From Vicugna vicugna (lineage: Eukaryota), in the NCBI GenBank assembly GCA_013265495.1, contig MU058441.1:372001-428496 (forward strand): a stretch of 56,496 nt of DNA. Reading direction: 5' to 3'. Below are positions 11,621 to 25,309 of this stretch, one piece after another (within the stretch, counting starts at the first letter, position 1; the number at the start of each line of letters is the position of its first letter). Below the pieces are notes generated by a model. The model was not told the DNA's origin and did not search any database. It saw nothing but the letters and a program-made list of their open reading frames with translations. Both the position numbers and the translations under genes were made by a program.

Positions 11621-12565
11621 ATGATGGGAAGAAATCAAAGTGTCATCTCAGAGTTCTTCCTCCTGGGCCTGCCAGTTGAACCAGAGCATCAAAACCTGTT
11701 CTATGCTCTGTTCCTGGCCATGTATCTTACTACTGTCCTGGGGAACCTCCTCATCATTGTCCTCATTCAACTGGACTCTCACCTCCACACGCCCATGTAT
11801 TTGTTTCTCAGCAATTTGTCTTTCTCTGACCTCTGTTTTTCCTCTGTCACAATGCCCAAATTGCTGCAGAATATGCTGAACGAAGACCCATCCATCCCTT
11901 ATGCAGGATGCCTGACCCAAATGTACTTCTTCCTGTTTTTTGGAGACCTGGAGAGCTTCCTCCTTGTGGCCATGGCCTATGACCGCTATGTGGCCATCTG
12001 CTTCCCCCTTCACTACACCACCATCATGAGCCCCAAGCTCTGTCTGTCCCTGGTGATGCTGTCCTGGGTGCTGACCACGTTCCATGCCATGTTACACACC
12101 CTGCTCATGGCCAGATTATCTTTTTGTGTGCACAACGTGATCCCCCACTTTTTCTGTGATATGTCTGCTCTTCTGAAGCTGTCCTGCTCTGACACTCAAG
12201 TTAATGAGTTGGTGATATTTATCATGGGAGGGCTCATTCTTGTCATTCCATTCCTACTCATCATCATGTCCTATGCACAGATTGTCTCCTCTCTCCTCAA
12301 GGTCCCTTCTGCTAGAAGTATCCGCAAGACTTTCTCCACCTGTGGCTCCCACCTCTCCGTGGTGTCCCTGTTTTATGGGACAGTTATTGGTCTCTATTTA
12401 TGCCCAACAGCTAGTAATTCTACTGTTAAGGACACTGCCATGGCTGTGATGTACACTGTGGTGACCCCCATGCTGAACCCCTTCATCTACAGCCTGAGGA
12501 ACAGAGACATGAAGGGAGCCCTGGGAAGAGTCTTTCACAAAAAGAAAACTCTCTTCTCTCTATGA
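11621..12565 (+). CDS. Olfactory receptor family 1 subfamily E (OR1E-like), intact, 314 aa
   Basis: Single-exon ORF with N-glycan [39 protein letters not shown] and [12 protein letters not shown]. Acceptor ctcctaaAG at 11603-11604. Position next to SPATA22 matches the OR1E locus; exact orthology is uncertain. Confidence 0.95.
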   Translation: MMGRNQSVISEFFLLGLPVEPEHQNLFYALFLAMYLTTVLGNLLIIVLIQLDSHLHTPMYLFLSNLSFSDLCFSSVTMPKLLQNMLNEDPSIPYAGCLTQMYFFLFFGDLESFLLVAMAYDRYVAICFPLHYTTIMSPKLCLSLVMLSWVLTTFHAMLHTLLMARLSFCVHNVIPHFFCDMSALLKLSCSDTQVNELVIFIMGGLILVIPFLLIIMSYAQIVSSLLKVPSARSIRKTFSTCGSHLSVVSLFYGTVIGLYLCPTASNSTVKDTAMAVMYTVVTPMLNPFIYSLRNRDMKGALGRVFHKKKTLFSL

Positions 12566-12949
12566 CAGTAAAGTCGAGATTTTAACATATTTTACCCACT
12601 AGGTATATTGATATTAATATTGAGATTTTAACCCAGACTTGTTGTTTCCAATGATCTTTTTGTTCACATCATTCTACCTCTTATCCTTTTCTCCTCTCAT
12701 TTATTTTCACATCTACATTGTCTATTTGACCTGTCCTGAACCTCAAGTGAACTTTCTATCTCCTTTGCTACAATAGTTTAGTTTGTCTTTATCTGGACGC
12801 TAACTCATACCTGGGGCCTTAAAAGTTGCTCCCTCAGATATGGGGAGGAAAGCCAGAGTCTGGTTAACAGCCTCACTTTTTAAGGTTGTCTCTCTCCTAT
12901 TTTGTAATTGATCAACAAATTTTACATCTGTGATTTTTTTATATTGCAT

Positions 12950-13495
12950 CTTTTTTATTGAAGTATAATTTATTTACAATGTTAATTTCAAGTGTACAGC
13001 AAAGCAAGTCAGTTATGCATATGCATACATATATATATTTTAGATTCTTTTCCATTATAGCTTATTATATGAAATTGAAAATAGTTCCTTGTGCTACACA
13101 GTAGGTCCTTGTTGTTTATCTATTTTATATATAGTAATATGTTGTTATCTATTTTATATATAGTAATATGTATCCGTTAATCCCAAACTTAATTTATTCC
13201 TCCCTGCTCCATTTTTCCTTTGGTAACCCATAGTTTGTTTTCTATGTTGGTTAGTCCATTTCTGGCTGGTGTCTTTTTTTAGATTCCACATATAAGTGAT
13301 ATCACATGATATTTCTTTCTCTGTCTGACTTACTTTACTTAATATGATAATCTCTAGGTAGATCCATATTGCTGCAAATGAAATTATTTTATTCTTTTTT
13401 ATGACTGAATAATACTCCATTATATATATAAACATATATATATATATATATGCACACACATACACACCACATCTTCTTTATTCATTCATCTATGT
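12950..13495 (-). mobile_element. L1 3' UTR fragment
   Basis: ttttttattgaagtataattt..., tagattccacatataagtgatatcac..., aatactccattatatata. Confidence 0.85.
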
Positions 13496-13499
13496 ACAT

Positions 13500-15722
13500 T
13501 TAGTTTTCCACAGATTCTATGTTGTAAGCAGATCTTTAATACCTACTTGTTTCACATAACAGAAATTTTATACCCATTCAAAATCAATTCACCATTTCCC
13601 CACCCTCCCACTCCTGATAACCACCATTCTATTCTCTTCTTCTATGAGTATGCCTATTTTTGATGCCAAATATCTAGAAAGAAATCATGCAGTTTTGTCC
13701 TTCTGTGAGAGTGTTATTTCGCTTAACATCATGTTCTCTAGGTTCATTCATGTTGCTACAAATCTCGAGATTTCTTTCCTTTTTTAAGGCTGAATGGTAT
13801 TCCATTGTATGAGTATACCACATTTTCTTATTCATTCATTTGTTGATGAATGTTTGGAATGTATCCCTAACTTGGCTATTGTGAATAATATTGCAATGAA
13901 CACAGGAGTGCAGATATCTCTTTGTGATCCTCATTTAATTTCCTTTGGATATATAGCTAGAATTGGGGTTGCTAGATCATATAGTAGTTCTATTTTTAAT
14001 TTTTTGAGGAGCCTCTATACTGTTTTACATATTGGCTGCATCTATTCATACCAACAGTGTATAAAGTTTCCCCTTTCTCCACATTTTCTGTGACAATTGC
14101 TACATTTTTTGTACATGTTTTATTTGTTTTGTATTTGATACTATCCATCCTGACAGGTGTAAGGTGGTGTCTCATTGTGGTTTTCATCTGCATCCTCTGA
14201 TGATTAGTAACGTAGAGCACATTTTTTTATATACCTAGTGGCCATTTGTATGTCTTTGGAGAAATGTCTATTCAGGCCCTTTGCCTATTTTTATGTCAGG
14301 GTGGTTTTTTTTGCTGTTGAGTTACAGGAGAGTCATACGTTTTGGATAAAACCGCTCACTAGAATGATGTTTTGCAAATATTTTCTCCCAATCCATAGGA
14401 TGCCTTTTCACTCTGTTGACTGTTTCTTTTGCTGCACAGACCCTTTTAAGTTTGAGATAGCATCAAAAAGAATAAAATTCTTAGGAATAAAATTAACCAA
14501 GAGATGAAAATTATAAAACAGTGATAAAAGAACTTAGAGTGGAAACAGGTAAATGGAAAGACATCCTAGGTTCATGGATAGAAGAATTAATATTGTTAAA
14601 ATGTCATATTTCCAGCATGATCTATAGATTCACTGCAGTCTCTATCAAAATTCCAGTTGCATTTTTCAAAACAGAAGTAGGAAAAAAAATTCCAAAATTT
14701 CTATGGAATCATATACTCTGCCACGCAAAAGCAATCTTGAGTAAGAAGAACAAAGCTACAAGCATCACTATTCCTGATTTAAAAATATATTGCACTTTTT
14801 TGGGAAAGACCACTTCCCTACATTTGCACTGCTTGTGTTTGGGATTCCAAATAACTTGATTTGAGGAGAGAAGAGGAGCCTTGGGGTCCTTTATTTGGCG
14901 GGGAGTGTTGGTAAAGTGATTAATACACTATTGTTGGAAGACAAGTCTGGAAGCTTGAAAATGTTTTGGCACAGTGTTTAACCCTAGAACTGAACCTTAA
15001 AACCCAGCTGAGTAATAGAATATTCTGTTGCCCAGGAGCCCACTGAAATTTTTAAGGAATTCTAGATGGCACTTGAGTGTAGGCAGGTCTGTTAATGACA
15101 GTATAGTCTCTTGATCTGGGAGGCCCAGAGACCCTTCCAGGTTTCCTATGAGTTAGAAACTTGTTATAATTACACTAAGATATTACTTAGCCTTTTTTAC
15201 CATTCTGTAGTAAACTGGATTTTCTGACAATGAGTGGAAAGCAGGTGCCTATGCGAACCTAGATGGCTTATTAAAGAGATCCATGTCAGTTTCTAATGTA
15301 TTCATGAATTACAATAAAGATGTTTATATATATATAAATATATTACAAAGCCACAGTAGTAAAAATAGTAAGTATCAGCATAAAAATAGACACATAGATC
15401 AGTGAAACAGAATAGAGAACCCAGAAACCAATCCACATGTGAAAAATCAACTGATCTTCATACAGGGTGCCAGGAACATGCAATGTGTGTATCCACAATG
15501 AAAAGAATGAAATTGGACCCCTACCTACACTATACACAGAATTCAACTCAAAATAAATTAAGGACTCAAAGATCTCAAACTGTAAAACTCTTTGAAGAAA
15601 ACATAGAGGGAAGACATTTTGGCCTTAATCCTGGCAATGGTTTCTTGGATTTGACACCAAAAGCACAGGCAACACAACCTGTGCAAAACCAAAACATAGA
15701 CAAGAAGGACTATATCATACTG
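13500..15722. mobile_element. L1 with 5' inversion: minus part about 13500-14455, plus ORF2 part 14457-14790 and 15343-15722
   Basis: Antisense 3' end and ORF2 C-terminus (MQMKTTMRHHLTPVRM) switch abruptly to sense ORF2 (KWKDILGSWI..., MKLDPYL). Confidence 0.8.
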
Positions 15723-16344
15723 TAATATGTTTCTTGATTCATATTATCTTCCACTTATTTACCCAAGGAACTGTTTGTGTATATGTGTGTGTGTCTGTGT
15801 GTCTGTATATATGTATTTACAAAAATGGATTACTGTTGATACAGATTTTCTTTTTCTGTTTAATATTACATTTCCTGATTTATTTTAATATTCTCCATGA
15901 GTTACTGAAGGTAGAGGACTTGCTATAATGAATAAACCCTGAAATCTCAGTGGTGTGATACAACAAATGTTTCTTTCTTTCTTATGTAAAATTCAGTTGT
16001 CATTGAGCCATGGGGACACTATGCTTCATGTCATCAGGTGACAGAAGCACTGAAATATTCAATATATGGTTTTCACAGTCAACTCAGGTGTTGAGTGTAA
16101 AGGGAAAGTCCCAGGAGATTTCATGGAGATTCTATCACTGAGACCCTAAAATATACACAAAGTCTTCAGCACAAACTCAATAAAGCTGATGCTTTAGAAC
16201 TTTGCCACTAAAGTGTGCAGCGGCCAGCAGTTGAAAGAGTTGGTTAGTGTGGTAGTGAATTTCTAAAGTGTCCCCCTAATACTCCCATCCATTTATTGCT
16301 GTAAAGGGCCTTTGCAGATGGAAATAAAAGTAATTATCAACTGA

Positions 16345-18100
16345 CTTTTTTCTTCTAGTTTTATTGAGATGTAACTGGCATACAGCTCTGTACAAGTTTA
16401 AGTTGTACGGCATAATGATTTGACTTATATCATGAAATAATTACCACAGTAAGTTTAGTGAACCCCCATCATCTCATATAGATACAAAATTAAAGTAACA
16501 GAAAAACAGCTTTTTTACTTGTGATGAGAAGAGTTTGTATTTACTCTCTTGACAACTTTCATATATAACATACAGCAGGGTTAATCACATTTATCATGTT
16601 GTATGTTACATACATTAATTACATCCCTAGTACTTTACTTATAACTGTAAGTTTATACTTTTTGACTGCCTGCATCCAGTTCCCTCACCTCTCCCCTCCA
16701 CCTCTGGTAACCACAAATATGATCTCTTTTTCTATGAGTTTGTTTTTAAAGTATGTTATTTTCTGTTAAATGACATAATGATTCAATATTTGTTATTGTT
16801 ATTTTCTGTTAAATGACATAATGATTCAATATTTCTATACATTTCAAAATGATCACTGTAGTAAGTCTAGTTGCCATCTGTCACCATACAAAGATATTAC
16901 AGAATTATTGATTATATTCCCCACATTGTACATTTCATATTCTTGAAATTTATTTTGCAACTGGAAGTTTGTACTGCTTAATCTCCTTTACCTATTTCTC
17001 TTCTTTCTCCCACCCCCTGCTTTCTGGCATCCACTTGTTTATTCTCTGTATCTATGACTCTGTTTCTGTTTTGTTCATTCATTTTGTTTTTCAGATTCTT
17101 CATATAAGTGAAGTCATACAGTATTGATCTTTCTATGTCTGACTTGTTTCACTTAGCATAATGCTCTCTAGGCCCATCCATGTTGTCACAAATGGCAAGC
17201 TTTCATTCTTTTTGTAGATGAGTAATATTCCATTGTGTATATACCACATCTTCTTTATGCATGTATCTATTGATGGGCACTTAGGTTGCTTCCATATCTT
17301 GGCTTTAGTAAATAATGCTGCAATGAACATGAGAGTGTATCTATCTTTTCAAGTTAGCGTTTTTGGTTTTTTTTTTTGATACATACCCACAAGTGGTATT
17401 TCTGGATCATATGTTAATTCTATTTAAAATTTTTTGAGGAACTTTCATATTGTTGTGCATAGTGGCTACACCAATTTTCATTCCCACCAACAGTGCACAG
17501 TGTTCTCTTTTTTCCACATCCTCACCCACACTTGTTTATTTTTTGTCTTTCTGGTAATAGCCATTCTAACATGTATGAAGTGGTATTTCCTTTTGGTTCT
17601 GACATGCTTTTCTGTGATTATTAGTGATTTTGAGTATCTTTTAGTGTACCTGTTGACCATCTATCTGTCTTTGGAAAAATCTATTCAAATCCTCTGCCCA
17701 TTTTTAAGTCACATTGTGTCTTTTTGCTGTTGAGTTGTATGAGTTCTTCATATGTTTTCGATATTTACCTCTTACCAGGTATATGATTTGAAAATATTTC
17801 ATTCAGTACTTTGTCTTTTCATTTTGTTGATGAATTCCATTGCTTTGAAGCAGCTTTTTAGTTTGATGTAGTCCCATCTGTTTATTTTTGGTTTTTTGTT
17901 AAATCAAAGAATCATCCCAACACGTATGTCAAGGAGCTTTTCTGCCTATATTTTTTTCTAGGAATTTTATGGTTTCAAGTCTCATGTTTGAGTCATTAAT
18001 CCACCTGAGTTAATTTTTGTATATTGTGTAAGACAGTGGTTAAGTTTCATTCTTTTGCATGTGGCTGTCCAGTTTTATTGAGGAGACTGTACTTTCCACA
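16345..18100 (-). mobile_element. L1 3' end with ORF2 C-terminus
   Basis: Translated remnant MFIAALFTKAKIWKQPKCPSID...ESIMLSE matches the L1 ORF2 C-terminus. Internal 38-bp tandem duplication at 16754-16834. Confidence 0.88.
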
Positions 18101-18109
18101 TTGCATTTT

Positions 18110-18650
18110 TAAAGTACCATTTACAATAGACCCAACCATTTAATTCACAAAATATGTTATGTTTAAAATTAGGAAATAGTGACTAAAGAACTCATAGAAA
18201 TCTGAAGAAATTGATAGAAATAACATGTTCATGGGCTGGAAGAGTCAATATTGTTAAGATGTTGACTCTTCTGAAATTGATCTGGGGATTTAAAACAATT
18301 TCAGTTAAATTCCAGAAGGACATTTTGGTAGTACAAATTGACAATATGATTGTAAAATACATGCAGGGAGCAAAAAAATTTAAAGTCTTTACTATAGTTA
18401 AAATACTCAGAAAATTGTGGTATTAGAGAAATGAGAGAAGTATAGATCAAGATAGAGAGTACAGATTACCAGATAGAGTCCAAAATAGATTCATGTCCAT
18501 TGATCATTGACAAAGGTGCAAAGACAGCTTGGTGGAAAGTAGTCTTTTCAACCAATGATGCTGGAAAAATTGGATTTCCATGTGAAAAGAAAACCTTCAA
18601 TGCATACCTGACAGTCTCAAAAACAATTCACTCTTAATGAATCATACACC
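18110..18650 (+). mobile_element. Old L1 ORF2 fragment
   Basis: CSWAGRVNIVKMLTLLKLI resembles the L1 ORF2 motif CSWIGRINIVKM. Confidence 0.75.
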
Positions 18651-19769
18651 AGAATAATTGTATGCATATTGAGAACGTTTCCTATAACATCCTGTTTTGT
18701 GGAGTCAGAGAAGTCCTAGGGCAGGGACTGAAGACCATGTGGAGTAGAACTGAGGTGAGGTGCCGTCAAGTTGCATGTACTAAAACTAGTTAAAGTCAGT
18801 GCAGAGCTGGCTATAGCAGCTATGACTGGAGTAAAAGATGAGGCTGAGAGAAAAGGGGCACAAGAAGTTTCTCCTCATATGGTTCTCAAGGGGGCAGTGC
18901 TTCTACCAGGGGATGTCACAAGGTTTCATTGAATTGGAAGTGGAGCCTACCACCTGGACATTTTGTGGGTTCCTATGTGAAGCCCTATACAAAGGGTGGG
19001 ATTACCATTGAGCCTGGGGTAGTGCTATAGATTAGCAAGGAAAAACTGGTTTGCTCCATAGCTGGAGTAGAGAGTACCATGTCTGAAATTCTGAGGAATT
19101 CTTGGAGTACCACTTAGTTTTTCATGTCTAAAAACAAGTGTTAACAAAACTGTAACAACTCAGTATAGCAAGACCAAAGAGAATGCTGATTACCTAGGAA
19201 GGAAGGTTTGCATTATGCGACCATGTAAGAATCCCATACAGCTGAGATGATGGCCAAGGAGAACATGAAATGAGTAGTGAAAGAAGATGTTGTAAAAGTT
19301 AAGTATGGCCTTGGTCCACTGCAGCATATGGAAGAGCTGGAAAGCAGGAAGTATTCTCACACATATGAAAAGTACTAAAGATGACGGTGATGGCAGGTGC
19401 TACTAATGTTTTCCCACAGAAGTAAGAAGGTAGAAACACCTCAGTGGGATTCAAGCTAGGTTTCGTTTTCTATCTTGACTTGAGGAAGAATTGAACATGA
19501 TCAGGGAGACTTTATCTTTTCTCTTATTCCAGTACTTTCAGTATATCTGCATGTGGCAGTGTCATAGGTATCTACCCCTTGTTAGCTGCAGGTGGTATGT
19601 CTCTCCTTGGGTATGTTTATGAGAAGTTGGGTTGTACTGAGAGATTCTGCCACCTTGAGAATTTTTCCAAAGTTATGTGCCTTTATTGGCACTTTGCTCA
19701 AAGCACTGATGGCTTCTTTTTGCCCACAGAATAAAGCCTGATGCACTCCTCAGATATTTTAGTATATTC

Positions 19770-20220
19770 ACAGTCTGGTCCCTGCTTCTTTTTATGGCTT
19801 CTTAAGCCATCCTCCTTTACCTCCCAAAGCGTAGGTTCCAACCACACAGGTCTACTGTTCACATCCTACACAGACAGTGATTAAGTTTTGATACATGAGC
19901 TTTTCTCCATCCTAACCTCTCCTCAAAGTAGTCAGGTATGATCAGTGACTAAAATCAGTCACTGCTCTGGGACCTGAGCACATTTGTCCCAGAGAGGCCT
20001 TGGGTAATGCTTTGTCTTTAATGAGTTCCTCCAGGATCTAGACTTCTTTGTGATTTAGGGCCCTTTGGCCCAGGGATATGCAAAGTTGTAGATATGAGAA
20101 GGGGTTTTGCAGACGCAGGTGATGACTACAGAGGCTGTTTATTCACATGTGTTAGTGAATAAAGGGGAGCAGGATCTCAGTTCAGGGTCCTGGAGTCTCC
20201 CTCAGACACACTGGGTAAGT
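19770..20220 (+). promoter_or_regulatory. Putative promoter and 5' exon of the second OR1E gene
   Basis: TCCCAGAGA (19987, O/E-like), CTTTAATGAG (20016-20025), donor CTGG|GTAAGT at 20215. Paralogous to 8420-8871. Confidence 0.7.
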
Positions 20221-20900
20221 TGTGCAGAGGGTCAACGAGCTGGTCTTTTAGGATACTTCCCACCTAAGGGTCTTGGTTTCCCAGGTTGTACGATGTTCTG
20301 CCGAAGTTTTTCAGGTTTGATAAACTTCCTCTTCTCCATGTCTCTGCCTCCCACAATTTCTCCACATTTGAGAAATATTTTTATTAATGTTCACCAGTTA
20401 CAATACTTTTATTAGTGATAGCACTTATCAATATTACTTACTATATAAGATATTTCACAATATGCATAATTTCAACAAAATAACAGCTCTTGAGATAGGC
20501 ATTAATGCAACAGTTCTGAACCCTTTTTTATTTTAGAATTATCTTGGAGCTTTAAAACCTTTGTACAGACTTCCTCTTAAAGATTGTGATAAAATGTATC
20601 TGACAGGTCCAGTAATCTTTACTTTTAAAAGCATCATCTGTCCTTGCCACTCACTGTGTAATCCATGGACTATACCATGGGCATTACCTGGGTGCTAATT
20701 TACAATGTAGACGAGGGCCTGCTGAGTCAGAAACAGTGTTAAACCAGAACTTCAAGGTGATTTGCATGGACATTACATTTTAGAAGCACTGCCCTAGGTG
20801 ATTCTTAACTGCAGTCCAGACTGAGAACTCCTGACTTAACAGATGAAGAAGGTGAGAACCTCATTGCATCGTCAGTGGCAGCATCCTCAAGTGCTGTCTC

Positions 20901-20989
20901 CCATGTATGACTGAAAAATTGTACTGAACACTGGAATTTGACACAACACTGTAAAATGATTATGAATCAATAAAAATGTAAAAAAAAAA
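20901..20989 (+). mobile_element. Very young, 5'-truncated L1 3' end
   Basis: AATAAA plus poly(A). Perfect TSD aagtgctgtctc at 20889-20900 and 20990-21001. Identical in reverse complement to the overlapping part of the 7000-7116 copy. Confidence 0.9.
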
Positions 20990-23037
20990 AAGTGCTGTCT
21001 CTGGTCTGTGATCTCACTCATACTCTTGACACAAGAGTCACTTTTTTTTTTTAACCAGGGAAACGAAATTCTGTGCAACCAGATGTATGATGTTTTCCCT
21101 ACATATTTCTCCCCAGTGATACCAGTATCTAAGTCCGTGTGTAAAACCTGTTGGTGTGGATCAATCTGTCCCAAGGGGTGAAAATCCCAGCAGTTGGATT
21201 CAGTTATGTCTTTAATGCAGGAGATTCCCACTTCTCTTAATGCTCTAGTGTGCTTTGTCAGCTTTGAGACACACTGAGGAGTATTAGGGCTCTCCGGAGA
21301 AGCAGATCCAATAGGGGATTGTATCTATATCAAGAACTCTATCTATCTACATACTTGCATGTATCTCTATTATTTCTGTCATCTGTATTAGTGAAATTGT
21401 AGTGTGTTTTAGATACCATAACATATTCTATGGGGACAAAATTGTATCATAAATTTTGTAAAAAAAAAAAGTCAATGTCAGTGGTAAGTGGTTGAGGCTA
21501 GTGAGTTCTTGTTCTGGGAGTATTTAGTAGAAGTAGTGATTCTAACTTGAAAATAGTTTTGTTGCTTTTAAAGTTGGAGGCATGCATGTCTCAGCCTGAA
21601 GCATAACCAATATTTATGAAACAGCACCTACATCCAGGCACTGTGCCAGGTGCTGGTTCTGCTGCAGTTGTGAAGGCAGACATGGCCTCTCCTACATGGA
21701 AATTATGATCTGGTAGGGAAGACTGCTATAAAGAAATAATCTCATTGGCATGGAGTGCTGTGGGACAAGCACAGGACGCTTGGAAACATAGCAGTGCATT
21801 CCCATCGGGTCTGGGGAGACAGGGAAGGTTTGCTAGGTAGGCGACATGTAATATATGTGAAGGGTAAACAGAGGCAAGCCACTTGAAAAGGGAGCAGAGG
21901 AAGAAAATGCTAGCTGGGAGGGATAGTGCAGGTGCAAAATGCCAGAGCAGGATTGTTGCATTTAAGTCCAGCTCTGCTGGAGAGTGGAATGTGAGTGTAG
22001 TTCTGGGGCCAGGTGAACCTATAGAGCTACGCAAAGGTCAGGTCATGAGTCACCTTTTGAAAGGAATCTGCCTTTAAGGAATTTGCCACTATGTTAAGAT
22101 CGATGAGAATCCATGAAGACTTTATGGAGAATGGTCATCAGTTCATCTCAGAATGCCTAGTGTGATGAAGAACATTGACATAGAGAGTATTCAAGCATGG
22201 AAGCAGGGACATGAATTAAGTTGTCCCAATTGTGCAGACAAGATACGATGTCAGCCTTATCTAAGGCAGTGACAATGTAGATGAAGAGTGGCTGAATGGG
22301 AAAGACAATTAATTTATAGATCTTGTTGACAGATTGGATGTTAATGAGAGAAAGGAGGGAATGAAAGAAAACTCTCAGGTTTTTGACTGCAGCACCTGGA
22401 GCTCTTTTTTTCTGACATATGGGAGACTAGAGGAGGAGGGAATTGACAGAGGGGCAGGGGAGATCAAGAATTTCTTTTGAGACCTGTTTAGCTGAAAATG
22501 CATGTGGTACTTTCAAAGAAAGATAATCATTAAACAATTGAGTATACTCTTTTATAGGTGAGAGAAACATCTACACTGAGATTTAAATGGGAATCAGAAC
22601 CATTGGAGTAGATGAGTTTTTCTTGGTGGTGTATGTAGAATTATAGGAGATCAGTGTTTAGGAAAAAGCCTTGAACATCAACTTGAAGATATTGACAAAA
22701 CAAGCTAATTGCAGTTATTCATGATGTCTGTCCAGGCAGGTATGAGGAAAACCAATATAATACGTGTCTCAGAAGCTAAGGGATAAGAATGTTTTAGAAT
22801 AGTTGGAATATTGTTCCATGTTAAAAGAGAATTAAAGAAAATAAATCATTTCCCATCATAGAGATTCTGATGATAGAGATTTGGAGTACTATAGAGATTA
22901 ACATTACAGTGATGAGAGTGAGATCAAGTATTTTTGCAGAGCATCTAACAGACTATGTATCATTGAAATATGTTCATGTTTAAATTCAAGTTTTCATGGA
23001 CACTATTATTTCTTCCTAAAGATACTGGAGTTAGAGC

Positions 23038-23988
23038 ATGACAGGAAAGAATCAAATCGTTGTCTCAGAGTTCCTCCTCCTGGGCCTGCCCATCGAGTCA
23101 GAGCAGCAAAACCTGCTCTATGCCCTGTTCCTGACCATGTATGTTACCACCGTCCTGGGGAACCTCCTCATCATCCTCCTCATTTGCCTGGACTCCCATC
23201 TCCACACACCCATGTATTTGTTTCTCGGCAATTTGTCTTTCTCTGACCTCTGCTTCTCCTCTGTCACAATGCCCAAATTACTGAAGAACATGCAGAGCGA
23301 AGTCCCATCCATCCCCTATGCTGGCTGCTTGACCCAAATATACTTCTTCCTGTTTTTTGCAGACCTAGCAGACTTCCTCCTTATGTCCATGGCCTATGAC
23401 CGCTATGTGGCCATCTGCTTCCCCCTGCACTACACCACCATCATGAGTCCCAAGCTCTGTCTGTCCCTGGTGGTGCTGCCCTGGGTGTTGACCATGTTCC
23501 ATGCCATGTTACACACTCTGCTCATGGCCAGATTATCTTTTTGTGCTGATAATGTGATCCACCACTTTTTCTGTGATATGTCTGCTCTTCTGAAGCTGTC
23601 CTGCTCTGACACTCGAGTTAATGGGTTGGTGATATTTGTTATTGGTGGACTCATCATCATCATCCCGTTCTTACTCATCATCATGTCCTATGCACAAATT
23701 ATCTCCTCCATCCTCAAGGTTCCTTCTGCCAGGGCCATCTGCAAAGTTTTCTCCACCTGTGGCTCCCACCTCTCTGTGGTGTCCCTGTTTTATGGGACAA
23801 TCATTGGTCTCTACTAATGCCCATCAGCTAGTAATTCTACTGTTAAGGAGACTGTCATGTCTATGATGTACACTGTGGTGACCCCCATGCTGAACCCCTT
23901 CATCTACAGCCTGAGGAACAGAGACATGAAGGGAGCCCTGGGAAGAGTCTTTTGCAAAAAGAAAATTCACTTCTCTCTGCCATGGTAA
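23038..23988 (+). pseudogene. OR1E-like pseudogene (single nonsense TAA at 23815-23817)
   Basis: CTC TAC TAA TGC CCA versus paralog CTC TAT TTA TGC CCA. Frame continues intact through [23 protein letters not shown] to TAA at 23986-23988. N-terminal sequon lost (NQI). Confidence 0.9.
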
Positions 23989-25309
23989 AGCTTGGGATTT
24001 CTACATAATTTTATCTAGTAGATATGTTAATATTGGAATATGATTCCAGATTGTCTCCTCACCATGGAAACTTTTGTTAAAATGGCACAGTACATAATTG
24101 TTCAATATGTAAAATGTAGTTGCATAGTTGAACTCGGGAAGGGGATCTTGGTGACTTTCTAGCTAGGCCTTCCTCTTTGTTTTCCCTAGGGAACCCTGGA
24201 AAAGTATATTTTAAAATTTATTACTTTAAATTATCTTCATGCCTCGCATGCTTAAACTAATTTAATACAGGAGATTTTTTTTAAAGCCAGAACTCTGCTT
24301 TGATTGTAGTATTATTTTAAAATAATTCTCTATACTCTTAGGTCAATGCTAGACAAGAACCAATCTTCTCATCCTCCCAACCTCACTCTAAATGTCTCCT
24401 ACTCACTTCTTGCACAAGTTTCACATCATTTTGTACTTTTTTTTCCCTCTGATTCATTTTTATGTCTATATATGTTTGCTGATATGGCCTGACCTGAAAT
24501 GGATTTTTCTAACCCCTCTTCTACAGAAGTGTATTTTGGTTTTAGCTGGGAATAAGTAATACCCAGGAGCCCTAGAATTTGTTTCTTTCCCTAGGAAAGG
24601 GGGAAAAAAGCTAGAATCTTGCAAACAGGTTCAGATGTCTCTCTTCTGTCTGGTATTTTGGACTTTATAAAGAACTCTATACCTATGTTTTTATTCTACT
24701 TTCATGACAATTCTAAGAAAGTAGAAAAGATTGATCACTATTCTACTAGCTGAAAAATACAACATTCAGTTACTTGCTAAGTCACATAGTGTGTCAGCTG
24801 TTGATTCTGTATAATATCCTGGACTATGTGATTCTGTGGTGTCTTCTTTTTCTTACACTTCAGAAAGAAGTGGAAGAGCTGTTCAAAAAAGAAAGAAAGG
24901 AAAACTCTTAGCTCCATTTATGGCATGGACTAGATTTCCAACATTGATTCATTTGTGGCATCCAAACTCACCGCTTTAACTCTCTCATATATTCTGGTGA
25001 CCTCCATTTCTATCTGAAGTCCAGGTCTTTCTCCAGAGCTCTCAGCTGTTATTCTCACCTTCAGTGGACATCTCCACTTGAGGTTCTATGAGCAGTTCAA
25101 TCTCAATGTGCATAACATTGAACTCTTTACTTTCTGCCATGTCTGTGCTTGTCCTTTATTCTATATCTTGTGAAAAGATGTTCAACTTCAGTGCTAACCA
25201 GGAAAAAGCAAGCTGAAAAAAACAGGTGATAATTGAATTACTGCAGAAATGACAAATGTATAAATGATTGACTTCCTATGATAATAGCAAGGATGTGGGA
25301 ATAGGAGCA

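Noticed and set aside
11640..12449. Alternate-frame and antisense ORFs recurring in all three OR1E genes
   Set aside because: They recur only because the OR CDSs are paralogous. Codon-bias shadows.
13110..13170. 30-bp tandem duplication (and the 38-bp one at 16754-16834)
   Set aside because: Ordinary slippage duplications inside L1 3' UTRs.
16345..18650. Second twin-priming L1 inversion
   Set aside because: The plus and minus parts overlap in L1 coordinates and the plus part is much more decayed, so two independent elements are more likely.
18690..19330. GC-richer block, possible exon or retrocopy
   Set aside because: No sustained ORF. It resembles decayed ERVL/MaLR internal sequence, but I cannot support a firm call.
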